Shown: piece after piece, positions 7,578-15,975 of the stretch | How the letters are laid out: each line of letters starts with the position of its first letter | How positions within the stretch are numbered: position 1 is the first letter of the stretch | Virus record (IMG/VR): IMGVR_UViG_3300021399_000002 | Span: 1 to 64,000 of that record | Source of the DNA: a virus | Taxonomy: Duplodnaviria > Caudoviricetes | Strand: one strand, 5' to 3' | DNA length: 64,000 nucleotides | Translations under genes and position numbers: made by a program | The notes under the pieces: model-generated | The model's input: the letters and a program-made list of their open reading frames with translations, nothing else | What the model was told of the DNA's origin: nothing | Database searches by the model: none

Positions 7578-9230
7578 ATGAGAGAGCATTAGGATGCGAA
7601 AGAATTTGCTATACATGATATTATTGAGTTAGTAAGAAAAACTAATTTATAGGATATGAATACTTTTTTGGTATTGAACGGCGGCACCGGTGTTGGTAAG
7701 ACAACTGCTATTATGGATAAGGTACTTTAGGTGTTAGATGAGAAGTGCCACGGGCCGCAAACTATGCTTGTTGTGGAGAGTAGGAGTATTACGGTGGAGT
7801 AGCTGCGGCATAAGTATGGGGAAACGGATGTTTGCCAGAGAATGGGATTTGCTAATATGATTTGCCGCGGTGCCGTAGACTATGATTGGGTTGTGATTGA
7901 TGAGTGTCATGGGTTATTTAGTGAGGCATCGTTCGCAGAAGATACAACTATTATTGGTGAATGGATTAGGAGCGGCCGCACTTACTAGCATGTAATATTT
8001 ATTACGGCGAATGATGAGTATTTTGAGGAATTGGCGAAATAGTTTTTCGCGGAAGAATGTAATTTTATTTATTTGTTTCCAGATTTTACTAAGTATGTTA
8101 GTAATACTTATGTGAAGGAGATATAGTTTATTAAGACTAGGAATACGAATGATACATTTAGTTATTTTATAGAGTAGGAAAAGAATAAGCGTGGTATTGT
8201 ATTTTTAAAGAGCGCGAGTAAGGTTAAGGATTGGTATTTTCGTCTTATAGATTAGAAGAAGTAGGTTGCTATGTTTGTTTCGCGCGCGAATTAGACATCG
8301 CTCGCGCTTAGTATTGAGTAGGCAAGTATTGCGGCAAATGATTTGATGTTGGATTTAAGCGGCGGCGAAAGCGGCCTGACTCTTGCGGACTTACAAATAA
8401 TGGCGGATAAGTAGAGAATTGCGGCAGGTAAGGAGTCATTGTTTGAGGCATTGGTTAATGAGCATTTGCCGGATGATATATAGATTTTGTTGGTGACGGA
8501 TACATTATAGGAAGGTATGAGTCTTACATTTCCTAAAATAGACTTCATGATTATTGAAGGGTATGGGGAAGTTGAGATTAGATAGAAGGTAGGTAGGTTT
8601 CGCGGCAATTTGGATTAGCTTTTTATTGTATTCAATCCTAATAATGCTATACGAGATTTTCAAATTCAATTTAATATGTTTACATACTATCGTAAGTTAT
8701 AGGATGAGGGGAATTAGATTGAGCTGGCGAAGTAGTATGGGATAATAAAAGGCGCGAAATTTAAAGTTAGATATATAGTAGAACGGCAATTTCAAAATGG
8801 AATTAAGTATTATGAGATAAATGAATAGGCTTACTTACATCTCCTAAAAGAGCACCAGGATTATTTAAGGCTAATTTCAAATTCAAACTTGGCGGTATAG
8901 GAGATGTACTCATATTTAGGCGCCAATCCCGTAATTATCCCCCCAAATGAAATTCGAATTTCATTTTAGAAAGAGAAATTAATAAAGATTGCGGATAAAT
9001 GGAGAAAAATTCCCTTAAAGGGCCCCGCATAGGAGGAACTTTTGGAAAACTTTGCGCGCGAAGGTATTAGAGATAGAAGCGGGAAAAAGGTTAATTCATT
9101 GCGCGCTTGTATTACATTGTTTACAAATGCGGAAATTTCAGTTGCGGAAAAATAGGCAACAGTTAAGGATGTAGAATAGTGGCCGCAATATCTTACTAAG
9201 GTGAGGGAAAAGTATAGGTATATTGTTTAA
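7578..9230 (+). CDS. SF2 DExH-box helicase, ~550 aa, TAG-recoded (absent from ORF track)
   Basis: Walker A NGGTGVGKT, DECH, FITAN, DTL*EG, R*KVGRFR (motif VI); roughly 25 in-frame TAG; ends TAA before a terminator. Confidence 0.9.
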
Positions 9231-9233
9231 TAT

Positions 9234-9261
9234 TAGGGAGCCGTAAGGCTCCTATTTTTTT
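9234..9261 (+). terminator. Rho-independent terminator
   Basis: GGAGCC-GTAA-GGCTCC plus T-tract. Confidence 0.8.
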
Positions 9262-9434
9262 ATTTGACAATGGAAAGAGATTGGGATATAATAAAAGAAA
9301 AAAAGGTATATGAAATTTATAGGATATGTATATCTTTTTCTTGTCTAATTTTATTTAAAATTTTTTATAACGAAAAAGAAAAAATGCCATGAATTCAATA
9401 TCCCGAAAATACTATTATTATGGAGGTGATGATA

Positions 9435-9635
9435 ATGGATGAAGTTATGAAACTAAAAGAACTAGCTAACTTTGGTATTCCTGTATTAGTTCTCGCGCGC
9501 GAATGTCATTGTTCTGTGACCAGCATACGCAATTACTTATCAGGTGCATCTATTCCAAATGGCGGCAAGGTAATAGCTATTCAAGACGGATTAAATAATC
9601 TAATCAACACTTTAACACAAATTGTCAAGGAGTGA
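9435..9635 (+). CDS. Cro/Xre-like HTH protein
   Basis: LARECHCSVTSIRNYLSG HTH pattern; GGAGG RBS. Confidence 0.75.
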   Translation: MDEVMKLKELANFGIPVLVLARECHCSVTSIRNYLSGASIPNGGKVIAIQDGLNNLINTLTQIVKE

Positions 9636-9640
9636 CCTTA

Positions 9641-9811
9641 ATGAACTTATTTCCTATTTTCTCGCGGCGCATTGCATATGAACTTGAGAAACAGGGATTC
9701 AATATTATACAAATTGCGCCAAATCGTAATAATCCTACTTTAAGTGTATATTACTTTGAAGAAACCGCAGAATTTCATAAAGCTGCCCAGGAGCTTATCC
9801 GTAAGGAATAA
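9641..9811 (+). CDS. Small DUF5659-like phage protein
   Basis: IFSRRIAYELEKQGF..PNRNNP..VYYFEET; RBS AAGGAG. Confidence 0.6.
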   Translation: MNLFPIFSRRIAYELEKQGFNIIQIAPNRNNPTLSVYYFEETAEFHKAAQELIRKE

Positions 9812-9853
9812 TCTTGGATTCTACTATATTCTAATTATTCGGAGTTGATTCTA

Positions 9854-10189
9854 ATGACAGAAACAAAAGCTATCGCTCTTAGAAGCGATATAGATAAATC
9901 TGATTTAAAAGATACGCAACAAACATGGATTATATATCCAGAATTATTTCGTAAAATAAATGAAAAAATTCCTAGTAAAAATAGTGTTTGCCGTGCTATT
10001 CTATTATATCTTATATTTCAAAAACAAAATGGAGATTTTGCACCTGCGGAAGAAACTATCCGTAAATACTGTAATATCAGCGCGCACTCATCATATGTTG
10101 ACGCACGAAAATGGCTTCATGATAATGGCTTTATTACTTATATACCTTATCGTGAAATTATAATCAATTATAAAAAAATAATGGAATGA
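9854..10189 (+). CDS. Winged-helix protein resembling a replication-initiator N-terminus
   Basis: ILLYL..FAPAEETIRKYCNIS..ARKWLHDNGFITY; directly upstream of the iteron-like array. Confidence 0.6.
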   Translation: MTETKAIALRSDIDKSDLKDTQQTWIIYPELFRKINEKIPSKNSVCRAILLYLIFQKQNGDFAPAEETIRKYCNISAHSSYVDARKWLHDNGFITYIPYREIIINYKKIME

Positions 10190-10380
10190 TGTGTCTGTTG
10201 AAACGACATGTGTCGTCTGAGACGACTAATTTTAATTAAAAAATTCATGTGTCGGTTGAGACGACACATGTCGTGTGAGTAATATTTTCATGTCGCCTGA
10301 GACGACACAATTTAATTAAAAATGTGTCGGTTGAGACTACACATAACAATATAATATAACAATATAATTAACAATATAAT
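10189..10380. repeat. Iteron-like array plus AT-rich 12-mer triplet
   Basis: Five (ATG)TGTCGnyTGAGACGACAC-type units, then TAACAATATAAT x3. Confidence 0.8.
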
Positions 10381-10490
10381 GGCGGAGCCTACCGCGCCTG
10401 GCGGCGCGGTTCCGCCATAGGGCTTCACCCGAATATTTGACAATCCCAAAATTTATGTTATAATAAAAGTAAGAAAGGAAGATGATAGAT

Positions 10491-10700
10491 ATGATTACAG
10501 CCGCGGAAGCTTATACTGCAACAATTAATAACCAAGAACTTAATTTAATTCGTAATTTGATTGCGGACGCTATTCGTAGCGGTAGTTTTGAATGTCATTA
10601 TATGCGCCGCACGCTCTCCAAAGAAACTCGTACCGCACTGCGGCGGCTCGGCTATAATGTATCCGGGCAGGCGCCATTTATTATTAGTTGGGAGAAGTAA
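10491..10700 (+). CDS. Small protein; paralog family with 12395..12649 and 12643..12933
   Basis: ITAAEA..I..AI..G..LRRLGY..ISW pattern. Confidence 0.7.
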   Translation: MITAAEAYTATINNQELNLIRNLIADAIRSGSFECHYMRRTLSKETRTALRRLGYNVSGQAPFIISWEK

Positions 10701-10701
10701 T

Positions 10702-11199
10702 ATGGATAGTGATATTGAATTTCTACAAGATTTTCTATTTTATGATAAGTGGCGTATTCGTGAATTACAATTTTCTTTGTATTCTGCTCTACAAAAGCTT
10801 GGCTCTCTCTTGCGTAATAAGGAATCAAGTATAACAATTGTTTATGAGTCAGAAGATACTCCAATGTATGAATTGGTTGAATTATTGGATGGCAATAATT
10901 TTCAAGTAAATTATGGTCTATCGGTGTTTGGCTGCGATGCGGCAAAGTTGATTCCAAATTATCCAGAAACGGCAGAAATAGTATATGTAGAAGAGCCATT
11001 CGAAGCACTTGCTGAAACTTATTATACAGCTACAGCTACAGCTACAGCTACAGCTACTGACACTTATTATACATCAGTATCTTATTCTTATCCTCCAGAC
11101 CACACCTATGGTTTGCCAGAAAAAAGAGAATCATTTCAGCATGAAATAGAATCTACGATAGATAAAGTACTAAAACCGCCTTGGCGTAGAAAGGAATAA
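10702..11199 (+). CDS. Hypothetical protein with (TA)5 peptide from (ACAGCT)5
   Basis: ATG after GGAG; tandem repeat at 11026-11055. Confidence 0.7.
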   Translation: MDSDIEFLQDFLFYDKWRIRELQFSLYSALQKLGSLLRNKESSITIVYESEDTPMYELVELLDGNNFQVNYGLSVFGCDAAKLIPNYPETAEIVYVEEPFEALAETYYTATATATATATDTYYTSVSYSYPPDHTYGLPEKRESFQHEIESTIDKVLKPPWRRKE

Positions 11200-11202
11200 G
11201 TA

Positions 11203-11433
11203 ATGGATATTAGAAATTGTGTTAGATTTTATGATGAAGATGATTTATATAAGTTAGAAACAGAATATCGGGCGACCGCAGTTTTCTTAGAAAGACTAGC
11301 TTCCTATAAAATCGATTCTTTTAAAGTGAATAGGGTAAACGACTTACTCGAATATGTAGATGGTAATGGTTTTTCCATTACTTATGATGACACAATAGGA
11401 AGATATATTGTGAAGAGGGGAAAAATAAAATGA
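11203..11433 (+). CDS. Hypothetical protein
   Basis: Operon spacing and RBS. Confidence 0.65.
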   Translation: MDIRNCVRFYDEDDLYKLETEYRATAVFLERLASYKIDSFKVNRVNDLLEYVDGNGFSITYDDTIGRYIVKRGKIK

Positions 11434-11963
11434 ACTATAACAATGTATGGCACTTTTCCTGCGGCAAGTGCTATTATTTAACGCATCCTTGGGAATGGGT
11501 AAAGGAAGCCGCATATAATATTCGCGCCGCGTGGCATCGTGCGACTCGCGGCTGGGATTATATGGATGTTTATAATATGGATACTTGGTTTCTCCATACT
11601 ATTCCTTCCATGCTTCGCTATTTGGCGGAAAACGGCCATGCATACCCGGGCGTTGAGCCATTTGAAAACCCACAGCGTTGGAAAGACTGGCTCCTTGAAA
11701 CCGCCAATCTACTTGATACTGGCCTTGAAGATTGGCAAAATGAACATAATGAGTACTACGATGAATATATGAAACATTTGATGGATAACTGGGAACCACC
11801 GACCAAAGATGAAAATGGTTTTCTTGTCCATAAGTCGCGCGAATTTACTGAGCTTGATAAGAAGTACTTTGCGCGCGCGAAGGAGCTAATGGAACAAGGC
11901 GAAAAGAATGTTCAGTTGGCTTTAAAGCGTATGAGTGAATAGTTTTATTCTCTATGGGATTAA
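11430..11963 (+). CDS. Hypothetical protein (1 TAG read-through, ends FYSLWD)
   Basis: ORF-track stop is TAG; frame continues to TAA at 11961-11963 next to the following RBS. Confidence 0.75.
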
Positions 11964-11975
11964 GGAGGGTGCGCG

Positions 11976-12182
11976 ATGACAGCTCTATTAAAGCGTAATG
12001 GGCCGAAGTTCCATTGCTCAAATTGTATGATGGAGGTTCGCCCGCAAGAGGGCGGAGACTTACCAATTGTTTGTTTCTTTTGCGGCAGTGTCTTCTCTAA
12101 TTGGGAAGAAATCGCAATTGAAGAATATAGAAAAGAATTAGAACACGCGCCGAATTACCTTAATTCGGCAGGAGGAAACTAA
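11976..12182 (+). CDS. Zn-ribbon protein
   Basis: CSNC..CFFC; AGGAGG RBS. Confidence 0.7.
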   Translation: MTALLKRNGPKFHCSNCMMEVRPQEGGDLPIVCFFCGSVFSNWEEIAIEEYRKELEHAPNYLNSAGGN

Positions 12183-12183
12183 T

Positions 12184-12402
12184 ATGAAAATTACTTACCT
12201 TGAAAGATATACTATTCTATCGCCGCTTATTCGTTCCCATTACTGCGCCTGCGGCAACCATTCACCCAGACTTGTAGAGCAACTTGAGCCATATACTGAA
12301 TATAAGTGGCGTGTAGAATGCCCAGAATGCGGCCGCGAAACGCCTATGTATCTTCTGGCTAAAAGCGCGAAGAAAGCTTGGAGTGAAGGCATCAATGATT
12401 AA
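12184..12402 (+). CDS. Lar-like Zn-finger protein
   Basis: CACG..VECPECG..AKKAWS pattern. Confidence 0.6.
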   Translation: MKITYLERYTILSPLIRSHYCACGNHSPRLVEQLEPYTEYKWRVECPECGRETPMYLLAKSAKKAWSEGIND

Positions 12403-12649
12403 AGCGTCTAAGGCCGTGCAAATTACAGAACAAGCTTATATAAAGGAACGCGATGATTTATATCAAAATATTAATGATGCGATTCTTAAGGCCGCTAACA
12501 AAGGTTTATCATCCTGTAATATATATGATTCAATATATTTTGATGATACAACTAAACATGCGCTTAGTATAGCTGGTTATCGTATCCATTATATAGAGAG
12601 TGATTGGGGTAATTTTTATAGAATAAGTTGGGGTGATAACAAATGTTAA
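12395..12649 (+). CDS. Small paralog-family protein
   Basis: IKASKA..INDAILKAA..ALSIAGY..ISW. Confidence 0.7.
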   Translation: MIKASKAVQITEQAYIKERDDLYQNINDAILKAANKGLSSCNIYDSIYFDDTTKHALSIAGYRIHYIESDWGNFYRISWGDNKC

Positions 12650-12933
12650 CAATGTTTACTGCACTTGAAGCGCGAGCAACAGCATATCTTGTATCACCAG
12701 AAGACTATTCATTATATCAGCATATTGAAATTCGTATTCTAGATAGTGTACAGCATGGAGGCACTCATATCCTTTATGCTGGTGAGATTACACCCGGAGT
12801 TATAGATGCCTTAAAAGCATTAGGATATGCTATTACTTATCTTGAATACGAAGGAAAAGAACAGATGATTCGTATAGATTGGACTAATGCTAATGCGCGA
12901 GGAATTCACAATGACGAAACAAGAAATGATTGA
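12643..12933 (+). CDS. Small paralog-family protein
   Basis: FTALEAR..ALKALGY..IDW. Confidence 0.7.
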   Translation: MLTMFTALEARATAYLVSPEDYSLYQHIEIRILDSVQHGGTHILYAGEITPGVIDALKALGYAITYLEYEGKEQMIRIDWTNANARGIHNDETRND

Positions 12934-12975
12934 AAATATGAATATTTATGCGGCGGCAATAGAGGAGGAAGAATA

Positions 12976-13176
12976 ATGCCAAAGACATTAGAAGAATTAG
13001 CCGTAATGCTGGCTAAACGCGATGCATCAACTTTTGAAGAAGAAATGACACTTATTCGTGATACCGCCGCGGAAATGGAATTTGCTTTTTATGAAGGCAA
13101 TTTAAATCTAGCAGAAACTATTCTTAGAGATAATCTTGGATTAGAGCCAGATTATTTAGACCTATTTATTTATTAA
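12976..13176 (+). CDS. Hypothetical protein
   Basis: GAGGAGG RBS; LGLEPDYL. Confidence 0.75.
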   Translation: MPKTLEELAVMLAKRDASTFEEEMTLIRDTAAEMEFAFYEGNLNLAETILRDNLGLEPDYLDLFIY

Positions 13177-13181
13177 AGTAT

Positions 13182-13427
13182 ATGAACGAATGTATTGAAA
13201 ATACAATTACAATTTATCCTAAGGGAAAAGCAACAATTATTTCATCAGCATTAATAGATGAATCTATAAATTTACCTATTGAGGAAATTGAGGAATTAAC
13301 TAAAAAAGAAATTCAAACTCAAATTTGTAATAATTTAATTGAGCACAATCGTATAAAAATTATAAAAGAATATGACCCTATGACTAATAAGAAATATTAT
13401 CGAGGAGAACTCACTATTGAGTATTAA
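13182..13427 (+). CDS. Hypothetical protein
   Basis: Operon spacing. Confidence 0.6.
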   Translation: MNECIENTITIYPKGKATIISSALIDESINLPIEEIEELTKKEIQTQICNNLIEHNRIKIIKEYDPMTNKKYYRGELTIEY

Positions 13428-13433
13428 AATAAA

Positions 13434-13733
13434 ATGCTAACGAGTATAAATACATTGGAATTCCAAACTATGCCAATTACAGTAGGTTTTAATCCCATTG
13501 ATAATGAGATTAAAGAATATACAGATAAAACCGATAGACATGTAGACCAACTTGAAGAAGACATTGAATTTTTAACAACAAAATATAAGGAATTACTGAT
13601 TATGTTAGATGAATATAAGCGTAAATGTGATGAATTAGAATGTAAATTAGAATGTCAATTAGATAATGAGGTTAATAGAGTTAATAATTTATATGCAAAT
13701 TTACTTGATAGAATTAATGAAACAAGGAGATAA
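13434..13733 (+). CDS. Coiled-coil hypothetical protein
   Basis: Operon spacing. Confidence 0.6.
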   Translation: MLTSINTLEFQTMPITVGFNPIDNEIKEYTDKTDRHVDQLEEDIEFLTTKYKELLIMLDEYKRKCDELECKLECQLDNEVNRVNNLYANLLDRINETRR

Positions 13734-13739
13734 TTAGAT

Positions 13740-14069
13740 ATGGAAATTTTTTATTATGAAACTTCTTATCCTTCAATCATGGCACTACCACTTGTATTTA
13801 TAATAGTAGGATTAGGTTTATTAGTAGTTGTTATAGCTCTACTGTTATGTGATGAGGAATGGGATACTCCCATGATAGTTAGCGTCATTTTAGGAGCTAT
13901 ACTACTAATTGGTGGTATTATTTGGAGCTGTAATATCGAGAAAGATATATATGTTTACGGCCGCGTTAAGGATAACCAATCATTTACTGAAATAAATGAT
14001 AGGTACGAATATATAGAAGATGTTGAAGGGGTTTATAAATTTAGAGTCAAGGAAAAGAATGATGACTGA
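13740..14069 (+). CDS. Membrane protein (2 TM)
   Basis: Two hydrophobic helices; RBS AAGGAG. Confidence 0.75.
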   Translation: MEIFYYETSYPSIMALPLVFIIVGLGLLVVVIALLLCDEEWDTPMIVSVILGAILLIGGIIWSCNIEKDIYVYGRVKDNQSFTEINDRYEYIEDVEGVYKFRVKEKNDD

Positions 14070-14235
14070 TAAGAAAAATACAGAAGCGGCGCCACGCAAG
14101 AATATAAAAGCTAATCGCGCAAAGTACACGCAACCAATTATGAGGAAGTTTCTTTGCGCGAAGTGCGGATATTTATTCTTTGGATTTGAAGATGAAACTA
14201 AAAAGTGCATTAATTGCGGGAATGATTTGCAATGA
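14062..14235 (+). CDS. Zn-ribbon small protein
   Basis: CAKC..CINC. Confidence 0.6.
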   Translation: MTDKKNTEAAPRKNIKANRAKYTQPIMRKFLCAKCGYLFFGFEDETKKCINCGNDLQ

Positions 14236-14404
14236 AAAAATATTTTTTATGTCATGTCTTAAATAAACATAAATGGAAATCATTAGGAGTTTCTATGAAT
14301 GGACAGTATAGAAGATATATATGTTTAAGATGTGGATTAGAACAATGGCGTAAAATTTTTAATTGACTTTTATTTAAAATTGTTCTATAATAATGGAGAA
14401 GAAG

Positions 14405-14599
14405 ATGATAGAAGATAAAATAGTAAATGGAGTTATTTTAGGAATCTTACTAACAATATTTTGTTTACGAATTTTTAATGTTATTACATGGCCTTGGGTA
14501 TGGATTCTCGCGCCATTATGGATCCCCTTGAGCTTAGGAATAATATTGGTTTTTATATTTATTATTATAATTTTATTAAGAGAGGTATTTATTAAATGA
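14405..14599 (+). CDS. Small membrane protein (WxWVWxLAPLW type)
   Basis: ITWPWVWILAPLWIP motif. Confidence 0.7.
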   Translation: MIEDKIVNGVILGILLTIFCLRIFNVITWPWVWILAPLWIPLSLGIILVFIFIIIILLREVFIK

Positions 14600-15057
14600 A
14601 AAAGCGGCCTAATATTGGAATTAAAGAAGCAGATTGCAAGTTTTACATAAATAGAGAAAAGCGAACAGTTATTTGTGTTATTCCAAAAACTGCTTTGCTT
14701 CTTGAAGATTTTATTGAAAATAATTTTAATTTCTCTGACATTAATATTATAGATGCTATAACATTCTCTAAAAACGGAGAAAAGGCTATGCGTATGCCTT
14801 CCTATTTTATGGGAAAAGCTAAATGCTCTAATGAAGATGAATGGGATGAAGAGCTTGGAAAGTTGATTGCTTTTTCTCGCGCAAAGGATAAGTGTTATAA
14901 AAGCTTTTTTAGGAGGGCAAATAATCTTGTGCAGGCTATTGATGCTCGTCTAACTAATATGATTGAAACTTTTAATTTATTCGGCCAGAAGCTAGATGAT
15001 AAGCATATTCAGTTAACAGATAAAATTGAATCAAGAATTCAAAATAAAGAAGAATAA
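14596..15057 (+). CDS. Hypothetical phage protein
   Basis: GKAKCSNEDEWDEELGKLIAFSRA motif. Confidence 0.75.
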   Translation: MKKRPNIGIKEADCKFYINREKRTVICVIPKTALLLEDFIENNFNFSDINIIDAITFSKNGEKAMRMPSYFMGKAKCSNEDEWDEELGKLIAFSRAKDKCYKSFFRRANNLVQAIDARLTNMIETFNLFGQKLDDKHIQLTDKIESRIQNKEE

Positions 15058-15116
15058 TTTTCTATTTGATATATTATAAAATTATGATATAATATATTTA
15101 TAGAAAGGAAAAATGA

Positions 15117-15437
15117 ATGGAATATAATAAGCTTGTAGATTTGTATAAAAGAGAAATGGTTGTTTTTACTGCGGAAATTTCAGGAGTACAACTTTTTATG
15201 CTATTACATGATAAGTTAATTAGCACAGTTAATTATCAAGGCAAATTATATAAAATGAGTTTTACTCCTGTTGAAAATTATATTGCTCCTTTAATTATAA
15301 TAAATGATGAAACATGTCCTGATTATCATGAAGGAATAGAAACAATATATAAAATCATGAAGCATTTGGATAAAGAACCTATTCATTATATACAAATAGA
15401 AGATGAAATATTCAAAATTGAATTTGAAGAGGAATAA
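15117..15437 (+). CDS. Hypothetical protein
   Basis: Promoter and RBS. Confidence 0.7.
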   Translation: MEYNKLVDLYKREMVVFTAEISGVQLFMLLHDKLISTVNYQGKLYKMSFTPVENYIAPLIIINDETCPDYHEGIETIYKIMKHLDKEPIHYIQIEDEIFKIEFEEE

Positions 15438-15859
15438 TGAAAGAAAGATATTTTAAATTTGCGCGAGAAGCCGCAAGATGGGCAGATTATCAAGGTACTC
15501 GTTCTGCACCATCAATCGGCGCGGTAGCTGTCTATAAAGGAAGTATCGTCGCAGAGGCATGGAATACTAATAAAACTTCTACTCTTCAAGCGCGCTATAA
15601 TGTATATCGTTATAAGCCGGCGAATACTCCTTGCAAGGCACACTGTGAAACACAATTGATTCAACGGCTACGATGGAAATTTGGAGACGGAATTAATTGG
15701 TCTAAGGTGCATATTTATTTATATCGAGAACATAAAGATGGAAAACTAGCTTCTTCGCGCCCGTGCCCTTCGTGCATGGCGCTATTGAAAGATTTTGGTA
15801 TCAAAAAAATTATGTATACAACTGAAGATGGGTATGCTGAAGAATATATAGGCAGTTAA
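15437..15859 (+). CDS. Zn-dependent cytidine/dCMP deaminase-family protein
   Basis: AHCE and SRPCPSC motifs. Confidence 0.85.
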   Translation: MKERYFKFAREAARWADYQGTRSAPSIGAVAVYKGSIVAEAWNTNKTSTLQARYNVYRYKPANTPCKAHCETQLIQRLRWKFGDGINWSKVHIYLYREHKDGKLASSRPCPSCMALLKDFGIKKIMYTTEDGYAEEYIGS

Positions 15860-15877
15860 AAAACTGCCTATTTTTTT
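15848..15877 (+). terminator. Rho-independent terminator
   Basis: ATAGGCAGTT/AACTGCCTAT plus T-tract. Confidence 0.8.
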
Positions 15878-15975
15878 ATTACTAAAAAAATAAAGCAATA
15901 TTTGCTGCTTCTAAAGGCACAAAAATATAGAGAAAAGTCTTGTACTTTTTAATTCGAGAGAAAGGAGGGAATGGT

